Source: Cyanophora paradoxa CCMP329
Taxonomy: Eukaryota > Plantae > Glaucophyta
Length of the DNA: 53,498 nt
Assembly (NCBI GenBank): GCA_004431415.1
Contig: QPMI01000248.1
Location: 1 to 53,498 of the forward strand
Reading direction: 5' to 3'
The translations under genes and the position numbers were made by a program. Shown in pieces: positions 11,419 through 23,313 of the stretch. Positions within the stretch are counted from its first letter, which is position 1, and the number at the start of each line of letters is the position of its first letter. The notes under the pieces are model-generated. The model searched no databases. It worked only from the letters and a program-made list of their open reading frames with translations, and had not been told where the DNA came from.

Positions 11419-13519
11419 CTAGGAGAAGCCGCGGAAGACACACCAGGAGTGGTAGAGGAAGTAGGGGTTGCAGGTGGCGTACTGCCCGGGGAGGTCGAGC
11501 CCGAGGTGCGCCGCGAACTCGGGGAAGCCCCAGAAGCACGGCTCCTTCGCCGCCGTCCACGAGTAACGCTGCCGCCCCGTCGTCACGCCGCCGCCCCCGG
11601 CGGGGCGGGGCGGGGCGGGGCGGGGGAGGGGACCTGCTCGGGCCCGACGACGTGGGTGACGCGGCCGGTGAGGCCGGCGGCGGCCACCGCAAAGGTCGAC
11701 GCGAAGGTGTGGATCACCTGCGCCGCCTCAGCGGCCGCCCGGAGGCGGCGGGAGGGCGTGGGGGCGGGCGCGTGTGGGCGGGCCTCGTCGCAGCGGGAGA
11801 GGAGGACGAGGTCGATGGCGGCGAGCTCGAAGTTGGCGGGCACGCGGCTCACGTCCTGCGTCATCCCCACCACGTCCAGCCCAAACTCCGGCCAGAAGAA
11901 GCACCGCTCCCCGAAGTACGCCGTGCACGCCTCCCGCACCTGCCCGCGGCCGCTCGCACCGGGGCTGAAGGGCGGGGCGGGGCGGGGCGGGCCCAGCGGG
12001 AGTCTGTGGCGAGGAAGAAGCGGGCGCTGCGGCCCGGGTAGGAGGCGTCGGCGACCATCGCCGCGTACGCGAACTGCTTCAGCACGTCCCCGTCGAACCC
12101 TGCCCCGCCCCCGCCCCCCGCGCTCGCCCCGGCTCCTCCGGATGGAGCGGGGGCGGGAGGGGCGGCGGGGCGGGCGCACCGAACTCGACGCGCTTCTTGG
12201 CGCGCACGTGGATGCCAATGACCACCTCGTCGTCCCCCGCCGGCGGCTTCGGGAACATCGCCTCGGGCGCCGGCCGCAGCCGCGCCGGGAAGTGCTGCGC
12301 CGGCGCTCGGTGCGCGGGGCGCCGGCGAGGGTGCTAAAGGGCGCGGGGCGGCACCTTGGCGGCGAAGGGCTCCATGCGCGCCCGCACCTTCGCGCTCGGC
12401 TGCATCAGCCGCGGCAGGAACCTGCACCGCCGTGTCGGCAATTGGGCGCCGGCGGGGCGGGGCGGGGCGGGGCGGGGCGGGGCGGGGCGGTGCGGGACCA
12501 GCCGAAGATGCCCTGGCCGTGGGCGCCGAACTGGCCGAGGAGCTCCTTGAGCCAGGCCTGGTGCTTCGTCGTCATGTAGAGGACGGGGAAGGGGTTGTCC
12601 GTCGACGCGACCTCGATCACGTCCTGCGTGAACTTCCCCCGGATATCCTCCTTGAAGATCTGCCCCCCGCCCCGCCCCGCTCGCGCCCGCCCCGCCCGCT
12701 CGCGCCCCGCGCCGCCGCGCAGTGGGAGGGGCCCGCACCCAGTCCATGGCGGCGGGGTCCTCGTTGGACTGGGCGCGGTAGGAGGCGCGAGAGGCGCCGG
12801 GCTTGGCGACGAGGGCGGCCCAGGGCTCGGTGCGCGCGTCCATGATGTACTTGGAGTCCCAGAGGGCGCTGAAGTCCGGCTCGTCCGCCTGCACCGTCGA
12901 CACCACCACCCGCTCCGTCAGCAGCGACAGCACGAACGCAAACACCATCCCCGGCAGCCGGTTCCCGTAGCCTGCGCCCCGGCCACGCCTGCGCTCGCCG
13001 CGGAGCGCGCTGCGGCGCGCGTCGCCGCGGGGCCGGGCGCGGACCGTTCTCGCCCTTAAAGAGGATGAGCTTGATGCTCGTGTCACCGGCGCGCATCTTC
13101 TGAACACGCTGCAGGTACGCGTCCATCGCCCGCTGCAGCGCGCCCTCCGCCGCTTTGATCTGCCGCGCGCGCTCGGCCCAGAGCGCGTCGCCTCGCGCGC
13201 GAGGCGGCGCACGTCGCTTTGGCTGTACACGACGTATGCCTTGTCGGCACAGTTCGCCTTGAAGCCCTCCTCGTAGCCGTAGAGGTAGTTTTGGAGGAAG
13301 GTCTGCGGCGCGAATGGAGTCGGCTTCGCAGCGACGCCGCGCGCTTCGTTTCGGCGGCCGCACCTTCTTCAAGAAGCTCTTTGTTAGAACCTTCGGCGCT
13401 ATGACGAGCGCGAGCACCAGCGCGACCGCCAGGCCGACGAGGACCTTCTTTCTCGACATCGCGGACCACCGGAGGCGAATCTGGACGAGTAGCCGAGAAA
13501 CCGGGCTCTTTTGGGCCAT
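11419..13519 (-). CDS. Fucosyltransferase-like protein (GT37/GT11/GT23-like GT-B fold), type II membrane protein, spliced
   Basis: N-terminal TM (VLVGLAVALVLALVIAP). Motifs GYGNRL, VIGIHVR, FFLATDS and AAIDLVLLSRCDEVIHTFASTF are the conserved fucosyltransferase motifs. Ends EPCFW...RGFS*. Confidence 0.82.
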
Positions 13520-15066
13520 ATCCGGCTGCTGGAGCTCTCAGCGCATCGCTGGTGACGCGTTTCGCCAGGGTCGAGGGGGCTACAGGATTGGACAGACGTA
13601 AAAACTTTTTCGGTGCTAGCCGTTAATTGCTTCTAATTATAAGTTCATGGCTAGCTCTCACACAAAATCTTTTGCAAGCCTGAAGAGCGCACTCGACTAG
13701 CTATATAGGAACGAACCCGGCGAACAGAAATCGCCTTCAAAAAAGTGTAGCTATAGATAATGTTAATATCTCCAGATCTAGACCATTTTCTCAGACTCTG
13801 AGATCCGAAAATTCAACGTAACGAGGCCGTCGACGTCAGAAGCTCAAGGCATGATATCGATTGTGCGAAATCCGATGATCATGATCATAAAAGCGCTAGC
13901 CCGCATGCAATGATTATGATTAATATTAACTAGTAATATTTGCGATGTGTCTGCGACTCATCATGGCATGGTCCTAGTGACTCGTCTGCAGCTGGGCCAT
14001 GCTTCCGAAGTTCCCCGGTCGCCGCCTCGCGCGCCCGCGCGCTGCCTCATGATCAGCTTCGTCCACTCCAGCTGCAGGTTCATCCTGCCAATGGCACTGT
14101 TCCTGCACACCTCACCCGGCGTCGGCTCGAGCTCTGCGCAGGCTCTGGGCAGGGCCCGGCGCCACATGCCGCTCCGTCCGCTTCCCCACCCAGGCTCGCC
14201 CCGCCACTGCTGCTGCGCACCTCACCGTGCACCTTGCCGCCGCCGCTGGGCCAAGCCCCCGCGCCGCCGCTGGGTTTCGCCCCCGCGTTGCCACTGTCAT
14301 GATCAGGGGCGAGCTAGCGCTGATGCCTCGCGATCATGATCAGCTCTGCGCAAGCCATGCGCATGCGCGCGCAGGGCCCGACGCCACCTGCCGCTCTGCC
14401 CGTTTCCCCGCCCGCCACTGCCTTCGCCTGCCCGCCAGCCTGGTGCTAGCGCTGCCGCCCACCTCGCCACCCCAACCACCTGCCTCGCCACCCCACCCGC
14501 CCTCCTTGCGATCGAGCTCGCCACCCCGCCTGCCTCGCCTGGCCCCGCCCCGCCGCTGTCTGGGCCGAGTTGCCACTCCGATGCTCCGCCCGCTTCCCCG
14601 CCCGCCGCTGCCCTCGCCTGCCGGCGCCCGCCAGCCTGGTGCTGCCGCCTGCCTCGGCCTTCCTGCCTCGCCTGCATGGCCCGGCCTTCCGCCTCGCGCC
14701 TCCGGGATTGCCCCCCCCCCCAAGCACCCTGCAATGTGTACAAATATCCCCCCTTGCACCTCCACGCGCGGCCCGCACTTGCCGAACTTGCGCACAGGGC
14801 CGGGCACGGTCTGCTACTAGGCTAGTAACAAACATGCCATGATGGGGTATCGTCAGACCTTCTACATTCAACATTAACACGTCCACCAAACTGCCTAGAC
14901 TATGCTGCTGACTGAGTCTCGAATTAGATTACCGCTTGCAATTGCTCAGGAACTGTATGCTCTTCTACAGTAGTACGCTACTTTGAAATTGAATTGAATG
15001 AAATTTTGCTCTTCCGAAGTTCTACACAACCTTGCTCATGATCAGGCTGTTTACACGTCCATATCT

Positions 15067-16749
15067 TCACGAAAAGAAACGCGGCTTGGGCAGACCCGAG
15101 TTTTCAGCCACCAGCAGGAGCTTCTCAATCTTCACATGCAAATGCAAGTTGAATGCGAAAAATTAGAGGAAAGTAGCAAAGTGAGGAAACATACCAGCAG
15201 CTTCTCTGCCTTCTCCCTCTGCTCCTGTTCGCAAGCCTTGGCCTGGATGGTCGTGTTATAATTAGCCAGACTCCAGAGCCAGCAGCGATTATATGCAAAT
15301 ATATATATATATACTATATAGGTTAAAGCTGCTGACCTCAGCGATCTCCTTTGCTGCCTTCTCCTTCACCTGCTGTCTGCATGAGCCACTGGCATAGCAA
15401 AGTTTGCGATTGCTGACCTCGGCGATCTCCTTTGCCGCCCACTCCTTCACCTGCATGAGCATGCAAGGCGCACAGGGGTCATGATCAACCACAGTGCTAG
15501 CTACATGAGGCGCGAGTCCTTTACATCACTGACATCTGCGGTCTTCTGCTTCTCCGCCTCGAGATCCTTCTTCGCCTGCTCCTTCACCTGTGCATGCATA
15601 CGGGGGTCAATTTGCAAACAGAGCCGCAAGTACGATCGAGATCGAGAGGCAGGAGTCCGTTTTGTTGCTCACATCTGCGGTCTTCTGCCTCTCCGCCTCG
15701 AGATCCTTCTCCGCCTGCTTCTTCGCCTGTGCATGTGTGCGGGGGTCAATTTGCAACCGCAGCCACAAGTACTAGTATGAGGCAGGAGTCCTTTTTGTCG
15801 CTCACATCTGCGGTCTTCTGCCTCTCCGCCTCGAGATCCTTCTCCGCCTGCTTCTTCGCCTGTGCATGCGTACGGGGGTCAATTTGCAACCGCAGCCACA
15901 AGTATGAGGCAGGAGTCCTTTTTGTCGCTCACATCTGCGGTCTTCTGCCTCTCCGCCTCGAGATCCTTCTCCGCCTGCTTCTTCGCCTGTGCATGCGTAC
16001 GGGGGTCAATTTGCAACCGCAGCCACAAGTATGAGGCAGGAGTCCTTTTTGTCGCTCACATCTGCGGTCTTCTGCCTCTCCGCCTCGAGATCCTTCTTCG
16101 CCTGCTCCTTCACCTGTGTATGCACGCGTACGGGGGTCAATTTTACAGCCGCGCGAGGAGTCGTTTAATTAATGTTGCCTCACATCTTCGGTCTTCCGCC
16201 TCTCTGCATCGAGACCCTGTCCGGGGAAACCCGTGATTACGAGTGCGCGTGAATCCGCGCGTCGCAATTGGACGCGCGCGTAGCGCGCGGGCCGGGATCG
16301 AAGCTTATGATCATGAGCTGCGTATACGTGCGTGCGCGCGCGCACGTTTTTTCCAATCGAGACGCCGAGAGAGCCTGCTGCAATTAGTGTGGCTGCGGTG
16401 AGGCCAAGCATCCCCACTGTTGAGACCATGGGGTCGGCGTTTTTTGCTGCGCTTGCGCTGGCGATGGCAGCGACGATCACGGCCGTCGCACTGATTACCA
16501 CAGGTTCGGAGACATTGGAGCCCCACTTCGGCTGCGGCCGATCGCGAGGCGGCTCCGGCTTTTCCGGCCGCGGATCCGCGCTCGCATCAATTGCAAGCTC
16601 GAAGATGAAAGCCCGCGGAAGGGCGCTAGCGCTGTACGCACGCTGCTGCGCGCTCGGCTTCGTTGGGCGAGATGTAAAGAGGATCGATGCTTGCGCCCTG
16701 AACGCGCGGCGCGGCGCGGTTGCCGAGCAAGTGTACGGGCTGTTGCGGC

Positions 16750-16781
<32 letters not shown>

Positions 16782-16810
16782 AGCGCCATCAGCGCGGCGA
16801 AGGCTGGCAT
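15067..16810 (-). CDS. Unknown protein: putative plastid transit peptide + 2 TM helices + repeat coiled coil; about 11 exons
   Basis: MPAFAALMALSSS... Ser/Arg-rich leader, hydrophobic segments VVISATAVIVAAIASA and VGMLGLTAATLIAAGSLGVSIG. These are followed by phase-0 GT-AG-bounded exons GLDAERRKTED / VKEQAKKDLEAERQKTAD / AKKQAEKDLEAERQKTAD x3 / VKEQAKKDLEAEKQKTAD / VKEWAAKEIAE / VKEKAAKEIAE / AKACEQEQREKAEKLL / IEKLLLVAENSGLPKPRFFS*. Confidence 0.7.
15532..16220. repeat. Tandem repeat, unit about 127 bp (124-139), 5 full copies + 1 partial; each unit is a 54-nt exon plus an intron on the minus strand
   Basis: acatctgcggtcttctgcctctccgcctcgagatccttc... recurs at about 15532, 15671, 15804, 15931 and 16058, with a diverged copy at 16182. 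Confidence 0.95.
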
Positions 16811-17103
16811 CGTCGTCTTGGCTTGCCTGCGCCACCCGCCGCCACTCAGCCACTCAGCGGCCACTCAGCCGCCACTCAGCGGCCACTGGTCGAGGGGGCT
16901 ACATGATTGGAGCTCGAGGGACACGCCCGTGCTGACTCAGTGAGCCGCAGCGACCTTTGGACGGCGCCGAGCTCTCCGCGTACTCTCGGCCAGCTGCGCC
17001 GCCGACAGCACGGCGAGCCGCGGGGTCTGGCTCACGCGCGGCTAGCAGCGTGCCGTCAGCGATCAGCCAGGCGCGCCGAGCGACGGCTCCAGAGGCGGTC
17101 GGC

Positions 17104-18799
17104 ATGATCGCGTTCGCTGCGAGCCCGCCGCAGCGCGGGGTGGCGGCAGCGGCTGTGCTTCGTCTGCCGTCCGGCGGGGGCGTGCCGTCGGCTGCCGCAC
17201 TCCGCTCGGCAGCAGCTTCCACGCGTCGCTGGCCTGCAGAGCGTGTTGACGACGTGCGCGGTGCACGGATCGGGCGGCGGATATCTGCTTCTCGGGGGGG
17301 ACCGCTCGGCGAACGGCGAGCGTGGGCGGGCGCGTCGCCGTCGCCGAGGACGCTGCAGCAGCAGCGAGCGGGGCGCAGCTTCTGGGCTCCCGCGTGGGGC
17401 GGGTCGGCCGGCTCGCCGAGCTGCAGCGCGGGCAAGGGCCCGGCTGGGCCCCAGGAGGAGGGCGCCGGCGCCGGCGACTCTGTGGTCCGCCCGACCGTCG
17501 AAGAGGACCTCATCCTCTTCCCACCGGGCACCATCGACGACCCTCGCACCTCCAAGGGCGCGCTGGACGCTCTGCGCCCCGCCCCGTCGCCCCCGGCCCG
17601 CGGCCGGCCGGCGGCGACCGCGGGGGTGCGCAGGGTACCTGGCGCCGCGGCAGTTCGACGGGGGCCCGCTGGACGTCGCGCTGCGGACGACGGAGACGGG
17701 CCTCATGTCCTCGGCGACGGTGCTGCTGTACCTTATCCTGAAGGCCACGGGGGGCAACCTGCCCCTCGAGTTCCTCTTCTGCACCCCGCTCCTCGTCGTC
17801 GGTGCCGCCCCGCCCGCCCGCTGTGCCGGCCCTCGGCGCCGGGCCGGCCGGTCGCGAGGCCTCTGCGGCGCAGGGCTGCGCTGGGGCGAGCGGCAGGCGC
17901 GCATGGGGGCGACGGTGACGACCCTCCTCATGTTCGTCTGCTTCGGCCCGCAGTCCGGCGCCCGCTTCCTCCTCGAGGCCCGCCCCCCTCCGGCGCCCGC
18001 CTCCCACCAGCGGATCGCTGAGGGTGCGGCAGACGGGGGCGACGTCGCTGGCGCTGGTGGCGATGCTGCGGGCGGGGGTCGACCCCGCGCTGATGATCGT
18101 CGCGGGGAGCCTCGTGGACCTCCTCGGGCAGCTCGGCCAGGTCGCCCTCATCTCCCTCTTCCTCGACGCCAACATCTTCGACGGTCCGCCCCGCCCCGCC
18201 TGCCCGCCGCCGGCGCCTTGCCGGCTCGCGGCGCGCGAGCCGCCTCTTCGCAGTGGTCACCGCGCAAGGCGCCGCCCTCCTCTCCACCCTGCAGGAGGCA
18301 CGCCCGCCCCGCCCCGCCCCGCCCCGCCCCGCTTCACCGCCGCTGAGGCGGGGAAGGGCAGGCGGGGGTTGTGCCTGCGCTGCCGGAGGAGAGCTTGTCG
18401 CAGGAGGCGTTCGTGCAGCTCTCCGTGCTGACCTCCCTCGAGGTCGCCTCCCTCTCCTTCACCGCCGCCACCCTCTGGGTCTTCTGGCAGGTGCCCGCCC
18501 CGCCCCCCGCTGCAGCCTCCGCTCGGACCGCCGCTCGCCGCACCCGGCCCCACAGCTTTAAGCGCCTGTCGAACTGCCGTACACGTGGCTGAGGGCTCGT
18601 TTCTTCGTTTCGGCAGCTGAACATGCGGCTCTTCGGCTTCCGGGTGACCCCGCCCCCCTCCTGGCTCATCCTCAACTACCCCGACGAGCTCCGCCCCATT
18701 CCCGCCGGCACCCTCCCCGCCGCCCCCGCCGGCACCGCGGCCCCCGCCCCCGCCGACCCCGCCCCTGCCGCCCCCGAACCGCGCCCCACGGGCGAGTAG
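17104..18799 (+). CDS. DUF2232 family membrane protein (cyanobacterial/plastid type) with putative transit peptide, spliced
   Basis: MIAFAAS... leader. The core TETGLMSSATVLLYLI...FLFCTPLLVVGLRWGERQARMGATVTTLLMFVCFGPQSGARFLL...VTPPPSWL parallels the cyanobacterial DUF2232 pattern as I recall it (ETAFLAS, PIALVYLRWG, LMGPTRS, PPPRW). Confidence 0.7.
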
Positions 18800-19036
18800 C
18801 GCCCCAGGGGAGCTCTTCTTGCCGAGAACTTCGAAGCCCTTCCACACACAGAGCCCGCGGGCCCCCGATCAGCGTCGGCGCGCTTTCCGAGGGCGACTCT
18901 CCGCGTGCGAGGGCGAGGAGTCGCCGGCGGTGGGCGGGGCGCCGCTGGGGGTCGGCGACGGGGCGGGGGCCGCGGCCGCGGGTTGGGGAAGGGCCCCGGT
19001 TGCGGCACGGGCGGGCACGGAGGAGGTGGCCTGGGG

Positions 19037-20064
19037 CTACGGGGGGGAGACCTGGGGGACGAGAGGTGCGGGGGGAGGGTGGGCGGGCGGTGCAGGGGCC
19101 GGGGGACTAGACACTGCAGGGGCTACGGGGGCGGCGGGAATGGGAAAAGGGGCGGGGGCGGCGGCTGCCGGCGCGGCTCGGGGGCGCTGGGGCAGGCCGG
19201 AGCAGTAGATGGCCGCCGCGCTCGGCGGAGGCGGAGGGGCGCGGGAGGAGGCGGCGGCCGAGAAAGAGGCGGCAGCTGGGGTAGAGGCCGAGGAGGAGGA
19301 GGAGGAGGGGCCGGCGCTGGAGCTGGCGGCTGGCGGGGCGCTGGAGGGCGGGGCGGCGGGGGAGGCGGCCGGGGCGAGGGTGGATGCGTCGTGCTTGCGC
19401 GCCCGCGTCGGCGAGGGCCCGTCGCGGACGAGGCGCCGGCCTGCGCGCCGGAGGCGCTCGCGCTCGAGGAGCTCTCGCCGGCCGGCGGCGGGGCCCCCGG
19501 GGGCGGCCCGCTCGAGCTCGCCGGGAGCGCGGGGGCCGACGACGAGGAAGGGCCGGCGCGCTGCTGCGCTTTGGGCTCGAGGAAGACGCGCTGGAACTTG
19601 ATGCGCTTGCAGGACTGCGCGAGGAACTTCACGCGGGGGCCCAGCTCGGCGTGCGGCTCGCCTGCGGCACCAGACGGGCGCCCTCACAATCAGGGGCGCC
19701 GGCGCCGCCGGGAGGGCGGCGCGCACGCTCGTAGTCCTCGACGAAGAAGAGGTCGGTCCCGAACGTGTCCTCGAACGCCCCGCGGTACGTGTACGGGCCG
19801 AGCTTGAGGAACGGCGTCGCCGTGTTCAGCCCCTGCGTGCCGCGCGCGTGATGAGGGCGCCGCCGCAGAGGGAAGCTTGAGCGGGGCGCGCACGACGATG
19901 GAGTACGTGCTGGCGTTCTCGATGATCTTCGCTCCCTCAAGTTCATCGAATTCGAGCATCACGTAGCTCACCTCCTCCTCTTCCTCGTCGCTCCCGGCTG
20001 CGGGAGCGCCACCTTGCGCCGGCGCGGGTGCGTCAGGTGCGACCTCCTCTGTCGCTCCCGACAT
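19037..20064 (-). CDS. GTF3C6: General transcription factor IIIC subunit 6-like (TFIIIC_sub6 domain) with low-complexity tail
   Basis: EEEEEVSYVMLEFDE...YSIVGLNTATPFLKLGPYTYRGAFEDTFGTDLFF...KFLAQSCKRIKFQRVFL. The 3' end and frame in the Pro/Ala/Ser tail are uncertain. Confidence 0.8.
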
Positions 20065-20293
20065 TCTAGTCACGTGGAGCAATGCGCCCCGGTACTCCGC
20101 TGCCCACAGCGCTCGTTGCGGCAACGCGGCAGAGCTCAGAGCTCAGAGAGCTGGGCTGTCGGGGTACCGCGTTACAAGAGTCGCGGCGTAAGAGCCTGAC
20201 CCTGCGAGCCGGTTGTGCGTTCTCCTGCAACGCCCTTCGAGTGGCGTGTCGTTTATGTCGATCTTTAACGATCCCCCCCCCTCCGCAGAGCTG

Positions 20294-22954
20294 ATGGCTG
20301 CTTTGTTCGTGGCCGCTGCCCCCCTGCCCCAGCTCTCCAGCCCCTCGGTTCCAGCGTCGCACGGGACTAGCTCCTCTCGACCGGCCGCCTCCGCCGTCGC
20401 CCGCTCCCGCTTCTCGTTCCTCGCGGGATCGCGCCGTCACCTCGGATCGGCCACACGCTTCACGATCGACCCGTCCGTGAAGACCGTCGTCCGCACGATG
20501 TCACAGTCCGCTCCGATCACGAAGGCGGAGGCCGTTGACGCCAGCAAGATCCCCGGCGCGGCCCGCAGCGCCCCCGGCCCGCACGATACCTGGCAGTCGC
20601 CCCTGGCCGGCCGCTACGCGAGCCTGGCCATGCGCGAGAACTTTTCCGATCGCAAGTACGCAGCCTTTCGCGTTTCCCCGCCTTGGCACGCGGCTGCGGC
20701 CGGCCGACCGTTCCGTGCGTGCAGGCGGCACGGCATCTGGCGGCGCCTCTGGCTCACGCTCGCGCGTGTGGAGAAGGAGCTGGGGCTGGACATCACGGAC
20801 GTGCAGGTGCGGGGGCGTGCCGGCGGGACCGGCCGCGGCGTGCGGGGTGCGAGGGGGCGGCAGATCGGGGCGATCGAGGCGCACCTGGACGACATCGACT
20901 TCGAGCTGGCGGCCTCGCACGAGAAGCGCCTCCGCCACGACGTGATGGCCCACGTGCACACCCTCGGCGACCAGGCCCCCGAGGCCCGGTGCGCCCCCCG
21001 CCCCGACGCCCCCGCCCCGCCCCGCCCCGCCCCGTTCTGACGCGGCGGGGCGGCAGGGCGATCATCCACCTCGGCGCGACGAGCTGCTACGTGACGGACA
21101 ACTCCGAGATCATCCAGGCCCGCCCGCCCGGCTGGCTGCCCGGTCGCCGGCGCCCCCCTCACTGGGCCGGCAGATGCGCGACGGGATCGACATCCTGCTG
21201 CCGATGCTCCTCGCCTCCATCTCCTCCCTTTCCAAGTTTGCCCGCAAGGCGCGCCCTCCCCGCCCGCCCCGCCTGCTCCCGGCCTCCGTGTGCGACCCGG
21301 GGCGGGGCGCAGTACAAGGACCTTCCGACGCTCGCGTACACGCACTTCCAGCCGGCTCAGCCCACGACCGTGCGCCCGCCCCGCCCCGGGGCCCCGGCGC
21401 GCCGGCTGATGCGCCGGCGCAGGTCGGCAAGCGCGCGACGCTGTGGATCCAGGCGAGCGGGGCGGGGGCGGGGTCCGCCGGCGGTGCGGGGCTGACGGGC
21501 GAGAGGGGGCTGGCAGGACCTGGTGTACGACTACGAGCAGCTGAAGGCCGTGCGGGACGGGCTGCGCTTCCGCGGCGCCAAGGGCACGACGGGCACCCAG
21601 GCCTCCTTCCTCGCCCTCTTCGACGGCGACCACGCCAAGGCCCGCCCGCCCTCCCGTCCGCCCCGCCCCGGCGGGCGTCGAGCGGGGGCGGGGGGCGCAG
21701 GTGAAGAAGCTGGACGAGATGGTGACGGAGCGGATGGGCTTCGCGCGCAAGTGGGGCGTGACGGGCCAGACCTACACCCGCAAGCAGGACTTCGTCGTCC
21801 TCTCCGCCCTCGCCGGCCTCGGCCAGGCGCCCCCGCCCCCGCCCCCGCCCCCGCCCCCGCCCCCGCCGGGCGCCCCTGAGGCCCCCGCAGAGCGCCGCCA
21901 AGATGGCGAACGACATCCGCCTGCTCGCCCACCTCAAGGAGGCCCGCCCGCCCCGCCCCTTCGGCCTGGCCCGGCCCGGCCTGACGCAGCGCAGGTCGAG
22001 GAGCCGTTCGAGAAGAACCAGATCGGCTCCTCCGCCATGGCCTACAAGCGCAACCCCATGCGGCGCGCCGGTCCCCCGCGCCTCTCCCGCCCCGTGCTGA
22101 GGGGGCGCGCAGCTGCGAGCGCGTCTGCTCGCTGTCCCGCTTCCTGCAGTCGCTCCTCATCAACCCCGCCGAGACCGCCAGGTGCTTTGCGCCGCGCCGC
22201 CGGCGCGGGGGCGGGGGCGGGGGCGGGGGGCCGAGGGCGGGGCAGCACGCAGTGGCTGGAGCGGACGCTGGACGACTCGGCGAACCGGCGGCTGGCGACC
22301 TCGGAGGCCTTCCTCACGGCGGACGCAATCCTGCAGCTCGTGCTGAACGTCTCGGACGGCCTCGTGGTGCACCCGAAGATCGTGGAGCGGCACCTGGAGG
22401 CGGAGCTGCCGTTCATGGCGACGGAGAACATCCTCATGGCCGCCGTCAAGGCCGGCGGCGACCGCCAGGAGCTCCACGAGTCCATCCGCCAGTGCGCACC
22501 TGCCCCCCCTGCACCCGCCCCCGCCCCGCCCCCGCGTGACGCTTTGGTCGGGGCCCAGGCACTCGGTGGCGGCGGGGGCGCGTGTGAAGGACGAGGGGGA
22601 GGACAACGACCTGCTCGACCGCATCCGCGCCGACGCCGTCTTCGCCCCCGTCAAGGCCCGCCCCGCCCCGCCCCGCCCCGCCCCGCCCGCCCGCCCGCCC
22701 CGCCGGCTCGGGGCCGACCCCGGCCGCGCAGGACCGCCTCGACGAGCTCTGCGACCCGCGCCAGTTCGTCGGCCGCGCCCCCGAGCAGGCGAGCGCCCCC
22801 GCCGCCGGCCCCCGAGGGCGCTTCGGGGGCGGGGGTGACGGGGCGGGGCGGGGCGGGGCGGCAGGTGGAGGAGTACCTGTCGGCGGAGGTGGACCCGCTG
22901 CTCGCGAGCGCCGGCGTCGACCTCGCCTCCCTCAAGGGCGACGTCCGCGTTTAG
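20294..22954 (+). CDS. purB: Adenylosuccinate lyase with N-terminal plastid transit-peptide-like extension; 15 introns
   Basis: Motifs [117 protein letters not shown] and GGDRQELHE. Confidence 0.97.
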
Positions 22955-23313
22955 CCGCCCACCCGCCGCCCCCGCCGCCTGCGCTCGCCGTGTGCGTATA
23001 CGCACTGCAGCTGCAATGGGCAATCGATGTTGGATCGATATTGCGAGCGCGTGCTCGAAGTTGGAATTTCTTTAGAAGGGCCTGCCGCCTGCGACGTACG
23101 CGTTGAGCCTTCATGGATCATGTCATGACCAGCATGGATCGGAAGCGCCCCAGCGCGTGAGCCGTGCGCATGCACGTCTGGCTGTTCGTGTTATCCGAAG
23201 CCTTCGAGAGCCTTATCTTTTCTTCGGAACCAGCTCGAGGAGGGGTACCGATACCGTGCTCTGACGGCGTTCGGCCAGATATCGATTCCGGTAGTTGGGC
23301 CAGCTCCAGCGCG

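Noticed and set aside
15532-16220. Regularly spaced repeats resembling a CRISPR array
   Set aside because: The 'spacers' are near-identical to each other, carry splice signals, and the context is eukaryotic with no cas genes.
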